Assembly: GCA_040954595.2 (NCBI GenBank)
Contig: CM082587.2
Location: 6,623,705 to 6,687,704 of the forward strand
Direction of reading: 5' to 3'
Source: Balanoglossus misakiensis
Taxonomy: Eukaryota > Animalia > Hemichordata
DNA: 64,000 nucleotides
The notes under the pieces were generated by a model. It made no database searches, was not told the origin of the DNA, and saw only the letters and a program-made list of their open reading frames with translations. The position numbers were made by a program, and so were the translations under genes. This document shows positions 53,372-64,000 of the stretch, one piece after another; position 1 is the first letter of the stretch, and each line of letters opens with the position of its first letter.

Positions 53372-56300
53372 ATCGATGATGATGATACAGATGATGATGA
53401 TGATGATATCGATGATGATTATGATGATGATGATGACAATGATGATGATGACAAATAATTGATGAGGATGATGATGGTGGTTGTTGTTGTTGTTGTTGAC
53501 GCAGATCTTGTGCAAGGTTTGGGCAACACCATCAAAGCAGGTGCGGAGAAGTATTCTGCCTACAAAGATTCCATCCGTGAAGACGAGGACGAGACTAGCG
53601 AGTTTATGGAATCGGAATACTGGCCTGAAGTAGACCCGCTTGCAGACGCAGAATCTCAGGATGTAAGTCCTTGAATACAAAGGATTCAGTTTCCACTAAC
53701 TTACACAATTGTTCTTTTATGGGTAAAAGTATGTATTCATGGGTCTAAATTGTCACTCCTTTTAATGAAATTCAGAACCTGTCTGAACAACTAAGACAGT
53801 ACAGATTGTAACACTCTCAATTAGACACCACCAGAATTATTGTCAAAAAGCCAAAATGAGAGCAAAGCAGAATTGTCAAAGCCAAAACCTGGATAAATCT
53901 TAAACCTATGCTGCCAAAATCAACTGCAGAAACAAGTTACCGGGATACACAGAACCCTGAACAAACCCGGAGATGCATACTAAACGTAATCTCTCACACC
54001 CCCACCCTTCTTCTCTCACTCTCTGTCCCTCTCCTTCCCTCTCTACCCTCCTTCTCCCTCTCTCCCTCCCACTCTCCATCCCTGACCTCATGTAGTCACC
54101 CAGTTCAAATGATCACAACATTTCAAAATTCAGGTCAGTACGGCCACGAACGAAGCCCTGGCCGTGGCGCACCACATCGCCATGGTGGTCATCACAGAAC
54201 GACTGGTGGGCCAGGAAGAAGTCATCCTGGAGTCGGACACCATCGGCTTACAAGTCATGCGCGGGAACCCGAGGGGAATTGCCAATAAGAGCTTTGAAAC
54301 CACCAGCGGGAATTTCACTCTACCAGGAATCGACAGTCTACCACAGAGCGATGAAGGATATCTCAATGTTGAGGTGAGTCACTAGTTGAAATAATTTATG
54401 TGTACTGTTTGATTGCTTGCTTGCTTGCTTGCTTGATTGATTGATTGATTGACTGACTGACTGACTGATTGATTGATTGAATGATTGATATATTCATTGA
54501 TCAAAAACAATAGTTTTCAATTGAACAGATCTGTAATGGCTTTCATGCTTATAAAATATGTTTCTACAGTACTGGCATTTTATTTCAGCAAGTCACAATT
54601 CCTAAAAAAATTACTTATACAACTGTATAGAGAATTGTATTATATTTATTACATCAGTTTTTTGGAACTATCATTCTCCAAATCGTGATTTTTGTGATGC
54701 AACTGTGTAAACACTTTTAATTGTTTTTAGCAAGAATTGTATGTGGGGAGTTTAGCTTGATTTATAACACACCTGATATTTACCTTGGCTTTCCTATACA
54801 GGTTATCGAGATGAGGGAAAACTACTTGAGTTGGGACGCGTCCTCCAGCGACGTCAAGTCCCCGGTGATCGGGCTGTCATTCACCGACCCCAGCAACAAG
54901 CCCATCGTCGTCAGCAACACCACCAGCTGGTACGAGATCACCTTCAACACGGATTTCGCCGACTTCGAGGAGGTGGAGGCCGCCTACATCCCCGACGAGA
55001 ACGACGAGCACGGCCTGAGCTTTCAGAGTATCGTCGTCGACACGGCCAACAACTCGGTCAGTCTGATCATCACCCCGCCGGATCCCCTGATCATGTACAA
55101 CGCCTTCGTCAAGTACGACGTGTTCCCCTCGGTGGAGAACTATGACCTCAGTACCACCATCCCCCACCACTTGAACCTGAGCGACCGCGAGTCGGCCGAT
55201 CTGGACGCGGCGATGGTCGACGAGCTGCAGTACACTTTCTTCTTGCCGAGCGATTACGTGACCCAGGCCGGGACTTACATATTAGGATTGCAGCAATTGG
55301 GTGAGCGCAGATATCATTGCTGTAATTTTCATGTTTCTTGGAGACTAATGGAACTCAGTACACCGAGCCATTTCGTGAAGAAGGGGCTCTTCAAAATGTT
55401 CATGTGACGAGGCAGGTTGATCTGAGATAAACTAACTTTGTTGTGGGATTGTGAGTGGCAAATGTCTTTTATGTACGTGTACATATATAATGTGTATATG
55501 TGTGCATGCGTGCCTGTGTGTATATATGTACATGTACCGGTATGCATGTGTATGTGTCATTGTGAGAGAGGGAGAGAGTGTGTGTGTGTACACTGGTAGT
55601 AAAGCTTATGTGATAATGGGACATGACATTGTGGACCACTGCATGATTGCCAACCAGCCATTTCCCGATTTCGTCGACAGTCCTGAACGCGACCTCCGAG
55701 TCGACCACTCCCGCCACCACGCCCGTCACCGACCACCAACGCGGCGGCGCCGCACCTAGCAACGAGACCGGATCGACACCGCAGCAGTTCACAACCGCAG
55801 CGACGACGACCGCTGCGACAACTGCAGCACCTACCACAGCAGACGATTCACTGCAGGCAAACACCACGGACAGATCGGACGGTTCCAACAGACCGGTTCC
55901 GGATCCTGCAGCGGCCACCAACAGCAGCAACTTCACCATCACTATATTTTCTTATGGTTGTCGTTACTGGGATGAAGACAACCAAGTGTGGACCACTGAC
56001 GGCTGTAAAGTAAGCTAAATGTATAGCAAAGGCTTCTCCCAATGAGTAGACCAAACCAATGAGTAGCATCTCTTTTTACATATAACCATATACGGTTAAA
56101 AAGCACATCTAAATTGTGGTGTATACTTTTTTTCAACCCAAGTGAAAATCTGTGATTGGCTAGATGTCCACTTTCCAGGGGAACAGTGGCTAATACATTC
56201 ATTATAAATGTTTCATCCATTTCTAACTTTGTTTGTGCATTTAAAAGGGGGAGGGGGGGGGGGCCTGACCTAACCTTGTGGTACTCCATATTTACATTGT

Positions 56301-59300
56301 GGCCCTCATGTGACCTGCAATGTACCATTCCAAAGTTTTCTTCCAAATCCAACGGGTTAAAACTTTCACCTACAAAACTTGATGCCACATACCCGGTATG
56401 CCACGCATGACACAAATCGGACTGCTTAAGGAGAGACCTATTTCTCCTGGTCTTTGATACATTATTAACAAAACCCGATTTTTAGTGTGAGGAAAATCAA
56501 GCTGATTCAAGACAAGATGCTTATTATTTTGTATCATATTTTAAGCACTATAAAAACAACAACGAAAAAAAATGTTCCACCCCTTCTGCTTTGCTTTCAG
56601 GTGAGTGAGTTGTCCAACACCAAATTCAGTCGCTGTCTCTGCAACCACCTGACGTCATTCGGTTCGGATTTCTTCGTTCCTCCGAACACCATCAACTTCA
56701 AACAGTTGAGTCTGGCCGACTTGGACGACAATTTGTCCGTACTTGTGACTGTGCTGGTTCTAATTCTCATCTACTTCCTTTTACTGTTGTGGGGAAGGCG
56801 AGCTGACAGGACCGACTTCATCAGGGTAAGTGAATGAATAAATTAACATGGCCGCCCTTACAAGAAACATTCTATAGACACCTATAGAATTCTATAGCCT
56901 ACTGAACTTCTATGGAAGTTTATATAATTTTTATGGACATCTGTAGATTTCCATGTAGTTTTGGACCCTTTTGCTAATGAATTCTATAGAAGCCTCAAAA
57001 TCTATAGAATGCATAGAATTCTATAGGATTTTTAAGGGGCATTCTTTCAGTCCGTACTCTTTAAAAATGATGCCCCAGGAGCTGCCTTGTTTGGATAATA
57101 TGAACAAGGTCAAGTTGCTTTTTTTCACTATGAACCTAAGGGCTACATCAATTCAGCAGTTTTGGCACTGGAGTGATAAAAGTCAAACATGCGTTAGTGG
57201 CCACCGGACCTCTATATAGTGGCCACATTGTTACAGTCCCTGCGCAATTTACCCGGTACATGTGCATTAATTGACCTGTCTATAAAGGACAGTTTGGGAA
57301 AGTCCCTTGACTGGCCGCTTTAAACAGGTTTTTACCATATAACCATACTCCATGTGGTGTGGACTGTTGTGTGGTGTAGTAAGCTGTGGTGTGGTGTGGT
57401 ATGTTGTGGTGCGACGTGGTTTGGCGTGGCATGATATTGCATGTGGTGGGCTTTGGTTGTTTTGAGATGTGGTGCGATACAATCTTAAAATCAGCTGTTA
57501 TTAAAAAGAGATCTTCTCTGTAATTCAGTCACTCTGTAATCAAGTTCTGTAATGTTGTTCTTCTGTGCAGTGGGGGGTGTTCCCACTTGTGGACAACAGA
57601 GAAGATGACGACTACTTCTATCAAATCACCGTGAAGACCGGCGTGCGTCGAGGAGCTGGCACGAAATCGAAGATACACTTCCAAGTGTACGGTGACGATA
57701 ATGACACGGGCGTCCGTTCTCTACATGATGGGCAGAGAGAGGTAGAAGTTTTTTTGTTCATGCTCCTTGATATTAACCCTCTCTGACCTAATTCATGATA
57801 ATGTACAATATAAGGGTATAATACTGGGTATATACCAACAAACCCAGGCCTGAAAGGGTTAAAATACATTGTAGTGTGCCCCTCTAAAATCAAAGTGATG
57901 GTGGTTGAAATCCAGAAAATCAGTTACCAATATACCCAGAGATATTCTGAGCCATATAGGCATTTTGTTCAGTTATTATGATTACCAGGATTTTTGATTG
58001 TGTTTGGACACATTCATATTTCCATTTCTACCTGTTCCACTCTATAATCAGATCGTGAAATTGTTACTTATTCTCCCGGTACAGTTGTTTCTACGTAGCA
58101 GTGTGGATAGACTTCTAATGGCCGTGCCCAGGCCTCTTGGAGACCTTCTGTATCTCAACATCTGGCACGACAACTCGGGCGTCGGCGACAACAGGGCCTG
58201 GTTTCTCAACCAATTAGAGATCACTGATGTGCAGACCAATGAGAAGTGAGTGTGCGATAATATACCCTGTCAAAGGCAGACATCAAAGGGACTGAGAAAA
58301 AAACAGTGGAGTCTGGTACATGTATGTTATATACATGCATGTTGTCTAAACACAGTACATTAAACGTACCGGTATATTATACTACATGAAGGGGCCTGAA
58401 AAGATGTTCAGTTTAGACTGTTGGTTACCAGATTAGATAGGGTTCAGTTTGGACAGGTTTGACTGCATATCTCCTTGCAAAGTAATGATAGATTTTGCAG
58501 GGAAATTGAAATAACAGCCTTCCGATTTAATATTATCCTTGTTTTATTACTAGACAGCAAACCGCCATCTTGTAAACCACTTGAGATTTGTTATCACTCA
58601 CACGGTAGGAGAAAACATGTTGATCAGTAAGGTGGTGAGCATTGTGGGTGGGCTCATTAGCTTTGTGATTTTGTCCTTGAGAGGTTAAAGGTATACAGTC
58701 ACCTCCAATTTACATACGCCCATATATGGCTGAAATGGTGTATTTGAGCGTTCTAAAGAATATACGGTAGCGCTCTTTTTTTCGCGTGTGCCACACACTG
58801 AAAATCTGTGATTGGCAGGATCTCATGGTAACCATAGCTAATTTTCCATAGGTGACCGTATACCTTTAAGTTTTGTGTTTCTTAATTTATTCGCAGATTC
58901 TATTTTCTGTGCGACCACTGGTTCGCTGTGGACGAGGAGGACGGCAAAGTGGACCGCCTGTTGCCGGTGGCCGGCCGGGACAACCTGCTGAACTTCTCGC
59001 ACCTCTTCTTCGCCAGCACCCGCAAGAACCTGTCGGACAACCACCTGTGGTTCTCCGTGCTGTCGCGGCCCACCCGCAGCGGCTTCAACCGGGTGCAGCG
59101 CGTCTCCTGCTGCTTCGCCCTGCTCTTCCTCACCATGATCACCAGCGCCATGTTCTACCAGGACTCGGCGGAGGAGGCCGAGCGGCGGCTGGGGGGGCAA
59201 GGGCTGCGGCTGGGCCCCATCCGGCTGTCGTACAAGGAGGTCTACGTCGGGGTGGCCAGCATCCTCATCGTCTCCCCCGTCAGCCTGACCGTCATCCAGC

Positions 59301-62300
59301 TGTTCCGCAAGTGCGAGGCGCCGCCCGGCAACCAGTCGCTGCTGCACGGGTGGCGACACCTGCGGGGCTGGGCCAGGAAGAGGAAGTACAGCAAGGGCAG
59401 CGAGGTTCTCGTCGAAGCGAGCACAGACGAGATCGGAAGGAAGAGGAAGAAGAGAGACAAGCAGACAAGACTGGCGTGGTACTGGGTGTACCTGGCCTGG
59501 GCTCTGGTGTTCCTCTCCATTGTGGTTCCCAGCATCTTCCTCGTCATGTACAGCATGCAGTGGAAGAAGGAGAAGTCGGAACGCTGGCTGACCTCCATGG
59601 TGGTGGCCATTTGCAATTCTCTGCTGGTTGTAGAACCAATGAAGGTAAATCATTCTCACTAAATGCTTATTTGCATGCTGGTTGTTGCCTAGTGTATTAA
59701 AAAGTAGTCTACTGCTGTGGTGAAAGATGTTTTACACAACATTACTTAAATCCTGTCTTTCTCTGATAGAAATAAAATCTTGTACAAAAAGAGCAACAAT
59801 TGCTGATTTCAGTTCACGTTTGAAGCCAAGACTGGTTGGATGAACGTGCCAGTGTGAATTGAACCAAAAATTCAGAAATTCCCCAAAATATGGTGGAAGT
59901 TTTGCGTGCCAGAAACCAATGTCACTATTACAGTAGAACCGAAAGCCACTCAACACAATCTCTCCAGCCACGAACCCTTGATGGTAAATTCACTTGATCT
60001 TCTTGTCTCCCTGGCGGCCACAGGTCATCATGATTGCCTTCCTCATGTCGCTGATCTTCAAGAAACCGGCCGAGGAGGAGGAAGACGAGGACAAGAAAGC
60101 CGCCAGGGAAGAAATCAAGGAAATAGACGCAGCGCTAGAAGGGCTGGTGTTGCCAAAGCGCGAGGAGGATAGTGACACTGAAATGGGTAAGGAATACCCA
60201 CTAGCTTAAAAGGTTGACAGGCACATTAAAGGTATACGGTCACCTCCAATTTACATATCGCCATATATAGTTAAAATGGCGTATTTGAGTGTTCTAAAGA
60301 ACGCTTTATTTTCGCGTGTGCCACCCACTGAAAATCTGTGATTGGTTAGATCTAGATTTACCATGGTAACTGTGGCTAAATTTGTATAGGTGACCGTATA
60401 CCTTTAATAAGCTTAATATCAAATAGGACTATATATACCTTACCTTCTAAGTGGAAAATTTCCACGTTTCCATTGATGTCAAACAAAGCCTATGCTGGCA
60501 CGCGAAGTCACCTGATCCAGGGAAAATCACATGACCCTAACCATGTCAAGTGTATGGATAAAATGTGATTATTTCTGAAAAGATTAGTATCATTGTTACA
60601 TATATAGTAACATAAAAATACAGTCTACATTTGCATAAACAACAATTACACACCTGTGTTCTCCCGGGTAATTATGCATAAAAATTCACAGAAATGTATA
60701 TTAGTAACCTGCATTTTTAAACACACAATCCTTATGTTTTATTGGTGGGCATGCTTTAATTGCAGAAGAAGAGAAGTCCATGGAGGAGGTGCGCAAAGTG
60801 AGGGAACAAGAGCTCCAAATGAATCGCGTGATTCAGGAAATCCTGGGTTATTTCTTCTTTCTGTTCCTGCTAACGGCGATCAGCAATAACAATTCAGACG
60901 GCAACAAGTATTACTTTCACAAGTCTTTGGTGGATTTGTTTGTTTCGTCGTCATTCAACAAGGTGAGTGTCAATTTTGCTCTCCCGTTATCAGACTGGTT
61001 GATATTCATGGTTACACCAGGTGTTTCACTGAGATATTGACCAATCAGAGGCTACCGAGGAGATTTGCATGGTTGCCATAGTTTTTGTCATTTTCACCAC
61101 AGAATGCTGCTACCAGGAAGACTGTGTGACTATACTCCTAGTATGCAGAGCTGACAAAAACGTCCCCTTGCACAGCAACTTTCCATATCATGCCTACGTG
61201 TTTTTTTTCTCAGATTCAGAAGACTGAAATGGTTCATGATTGGATGAACGGGACGTTACTACCTGGCATGTACCCACAACTGACACTACACGGTAAACCC
61301 CTGAAAATGGCCGAACGACATTTCATAGGATCTATGAATGCATATCGGATTGGCCCACCCAGATTACGACAAGCGCGTGTGGTTCCAGGTGAGAATCCAC
61401 AGTATATCAGAACTGTATGTAAGATTGTATGTAAGATTTTTGATTTGTTACTTTCATAATCACAAGCAAGACATGGGTGTGTTACGCTGAGATGTACAGT
61501 CAAAATCCTTATTAAACCTGAAAATTTTCTCACGTTTTTCTGAAGGCAACTGTAGATCATATTCTATCTTAAAATTACGCAGTGTAAAATTTTGGGGTCA
61601 GCATGCAAAATTTTGAATGATAGCCAAATGGTCTTGAATGTCTGTGTTAAGTCTATGGACAGAAAATAAAACAGCAATTTTTGTGAAAACAAGACAGTGA
61701 ACGCCATGTTTTTTTCTTCTATTCCAAAAGACTCCCCGCAGACTTTAATATAGCAAAGAATTGAAAGGTTTGGAGGACTATCATTTTTTCTGAAAAATTT
61801 GTCCCCAAGGTGTGTACATACGACATGCTTCTTAATTAATGGCCTGGTACTATTTTTTTGCTTTGATGTACAGATGGATGTGAAGTGGCCGACGAGATGC
61901 AAAAGACAGTGCGCATATGCAACGTCGCGTATTCATACTCACAAGAAGACGACAGAAATTTTGGTGTCGGCTGGAGCAATACCAGCGTGCTGATGTCCAA
62001 TGAAAGCATTCTTGTTACCGGTGGCAACCCGTGGGCATACAGGTTAGTGCAATTTTCAGTGAGCTGAGTGGTTTTCCGGACTGTGTGAGCACTCACTCCC
62101 TCCCCCAGCTTGCTATCAATAAATAAACAGTATTGGTATACAGGGACAAATCTGTGATAGGGATATACTTACTGTCTTTTGATACTATGTTGAATGCATT
62201 TTTGGCATGAAGGTCAAGTTCTGTTGCCCTATTCTGTCATGTTAGTAAATATGCTGAACCCATGCATATATTAATACATTATTTGTTCCGACCATTTAGA

Positions 62301-63954
62301 ATCCTTATGAATCGATGAAATTCATTGCAAGAAATTTAACTAAAATCTGAACATTAACTACAGTTTTTTTGCTGATGGTCATCTGACGACTTATTTCTGT
62401 TAGGACTGCATTGGACTTGGCAGGAATGCCCATATCTGGACACCACGCCACTTATTCGGGAGGAGGGTACGAGGCCATCCTGGGCACCGATTTAGGCGAG
62501 GCGCAACGGGTCGTCGACTACCTCTTGGCCAACAGCTGGATCAACAAGTTCACCCACGCCGTCTTTGTGGAGTTCACTCTGTACAACGCCCAGGTGAACC
62601 TGTTTGCGTCCGTCACCCTCATCCTGGAGTACCCGTCCACGGGCTCCATCACCCCCGGGGTGCAGATCTCCGTTTTCCGCCTGTACGACTTCATCGGGGG
62701 GATCTCGCACATCATCTTCATGATGGCCGCCCACACCGTCTACGCGCTCTCGCTGATGTACAACTGCATCATGATCTGCTACGTGCTGCGCAGCTCGGGG
62801 AAGGGCTACTTCAAGGCCTTCTGGAACGTGATCGACTTCTCGCAGACGGCAATCGGCATCAGCCTGGTCGTGATGTACATCATCAGGTACATTGTGACGG
62901 TCTACTACACCGGAACGTTGGAGGCATCCAACAGTAAGTTCTTGGCCCAGTTTCACTTTACACATCCTTGCCATTTTACACCAGATTGTGGTTGCCTTAT
63001 TCCAAATGAGTGGACAGTGACACAATGCATGTACCGGGGTATCTGCTGTTGATCAATAATTTGCAATCCATGACACAGGAACCACCACGACATGCATCAG
63101 TGGTATCATGCAAACCACTTGACTCCTCAAATTCCCTATTCACCACATTTGGCTAAATCTTTTCTTATTTTGCAATGAAAACTTTTGGTAGTTTAATTAA
63201 TGACCATTATTATTCCATTGCACGTATAAATGGGACATTTCCTTGAAAATGAAAACATCAACCAATATTGGCCCTTTCCAAAGTAGGAACCTGTGTCTGC
63301 TTGATACAACACACTGTGATGTGAGATTCTTAGGGTATCCAACAGATATTCTTGTTGACACGCGTTTTATTACCGTACTAACATCCCCTTTGTTTTGTCT
63401 TTCCAGGGAGCGAATTTGTCAACTTCCAGTATATCGCCAGCCTGAACGAGCTCTACTCCCTCTTCATTGCGCTGGTGGTGTTCTTCGCCTGGATCAAGGC
63501 GCTGCAGCTGCTTCGCTTCAACAAGCGCATCGGCATGCTGGCGGCCACCATCCGCTACGCCTCGGAGACCCTGATCCCGTTCAGTGTCCTCTTTGGCCTC
63601 ATCCTGTCCGACTTCGCCGCCTTCGGCTACCTGTGGTTCGGCCGCACCCTGGTGAACTTCCGCTCGTTCGTGGACGCCTTCGAGACCCTCCTCCAGACGT
63701 TCATCGGCAAGTTCTACCTGCAGAATCTCAGCGAGAGCCTCATCGGGCCCGTCTACTTCGTCCTCTTCTCCATCATCTGCTTCTTCATCCTCCTCAACAT
63801 GCTGATCAGCATCGTGGTGGACGCCTTCACCCAGGTGCGCCAGGACGTGTCGCTGCAGAGCAACGACTACGAGATCGTCGACTTCATGAAGGCCAGGTTC
63901 AAGCAGCGGGTCAAGAAGACGGCGAAGTTGGTCGTCAAGAAGCTGAAATTGCAG
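39774..63954 (+). CDS. Polycystin-1 family (PKD1-like/REJ-type) receptor, 3' end beyond the window
   Basis: About 30 in-frame exons: signal peptide 39774-39855; C-type lectins 41065-41285+41849-42032, 42295-42597, 44169-44384+44668-44883; LamG-like 45361-46041 and 46456-47109; WSC+PKD+REJ start 47228-49340; REJ/GAIN exons to 55300; GPS CRYWDE...W...GC...CLCNHLTSF (55681-56826) then TM1; PLAT YQITVKTG..GAGT / LNIWHDNSG..AWFL (57571-58245); RVQRVSCC TM2-5 (58897-60186); TOP/channel region YSGGGY, WINKFTHAVFVEFTLYN, FILLNMLISIV (60766-63954). Last exon ends at a GT donor. Confidence 0.92.
41755..41805. repeat. (ATTGT)n pentanucleotide repeat
   Basis: tattgtattgtattgt... Confidence 0.85.
43509..43913. 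mobile_element. Non-autonomous DNA transposon with CAG termini, 13-bp TIR and 7-bp target-site duplication (hAT- or P-like)
   Basis: Left CAGTGTACGAAAT versus right ATTTCGAACACTG (1 mismatch); GTGAAGA flanks both ends (43502-43508 and 43914-43920). Confidence 0.75.
43948..44104. mobile_element. 5'-truncated copy of the 3500-3709 MITE
   Basis: gagagcca..aaacac..ataaaaagtcgcgt..gagata.cgat.cagtga.ata.gagaa.gcgaaaat...cgttttacagta aligns with ~3548-3709. Confidence 0.75.
44909..45128. mobile_element. piggyBac-like MITE (TTAA TSD, CCC...GGG termini)
   Basis: TTAA-CCCTTTCAACGCCA ... TGGCATTCAAAGGG-TTAA (14-bp TIR, 2 mismatches). Confidence 0.8.
50811..50980. repeat. (TTCA)n tetranucleotide microsatellite, two blocks
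   Basis: attcattcattc... Confidence 0.95.
51962..52122 (-). mobile_element. CCCT...AGGG-ended repeat rich in TTCTATAGA subrepeats (inverted relative of 56855-57039)
   Basis: ttctatagattttgatgcttcta..gaattca..aaaaggtccaaaacta is the reverse complement of the 56855-57039 core. Confidence 0.65.
53325..53450. repeat. (ATG)n trinucleotide microsatellite (intronic)
   Basis: atgatgatg... long imperfect run. Confidence 0.95.
54409..54489. repeat. Compound (GCTT)/(GATT)/(GACT) microsatellite
   Basis: gattgcttgcttgctt...gattgatt...gactgact. Confidence 0.9.
56855..57039 (+). mobile_element. MITE-like element CCCTTA...TAAGGG with TTCTATAGA subrepeats
   Basis: Terminal cccttacaagaa / tttttaaggg; homologous inverted copy at 51962-52122. 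Confidence 0.65.
57777..57858. mobile_element. Tiny (~82 bp) piggyBac-like MITE
   Basis: TTAA-CCCTCTCTGACCT ... AGGCCTGAAAGGG-TTAA (10/13 TIR match). Confidence 0.55.
58689..58865. mobile_element. MITE with TTAA TSD and AGG termini (Kolobok-like)
   Basis: TTAA-AGGTATACAGTCACCT ... AGGTGACCGTATACCT-TTAA. Confidence 0.85.
60230..60403. mobile_element. Second full copy of the Kolobok-like MITE
   Basis: TTAA-AGGTATACGGTCACCT ... AGGTGACCGTATACCT-TTAA (perfect 16-bp TIR); internal sequence similar to the 58689 copy. Confidence 0.85.
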
Positions 63955-64000
63955 AGTAAGTTAACAGACACGACACTGACATGATCGTCAAGGTTGATTG

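Noticed and set aside
53204-53680. Poly-Ile ORF
   Set aside because: Translation of the intronic (ATG)n microsatellite
57181-58470. Pogo/Tigger-like MITE remnants (agtcaaacatg...aaacaggtttt; ...ggacaggtttgactg)
   Set aside because: Ends too degenerate to define boundaries or TSDs

Overview
Eukaryotic, intron-rich genomic DNA from a bilaterian animal, probably a marine invertebrate (inferred; the species cannot be determined from the sequence). Seven protein-coding genes can be reconstructed by hand from splice sites. (1) An uncharacterised ~1000-aa protein with an N-terminal MGC acylation motif, a stathmin-like segment and a huge repetitive exon (+, 180-7360). (2) Long-chain fatty acid transport protein FATP/SLC27A (-). 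(3) INPP5E with a C-terminal CaaX motif (-). (4) SPACA9 (+). (5) PRPF4 (-). (6) CDC26 (+), head-to-head with PRPF4. (7) A very large polycystin-1-family gene (3 C-type lectin, 2 LamG, WSC, PKD, REJ, GPS, PLAT and 11 TM segments) that runs off the right edge. Introns contain several families of non-autonomous DNA transposons (MITEs), hairpins and microsatellites. No RNA genes, CRISPR arrays or autonomous transposases were recognised. Exon coordinates were read by eye and may be off by a few bases.
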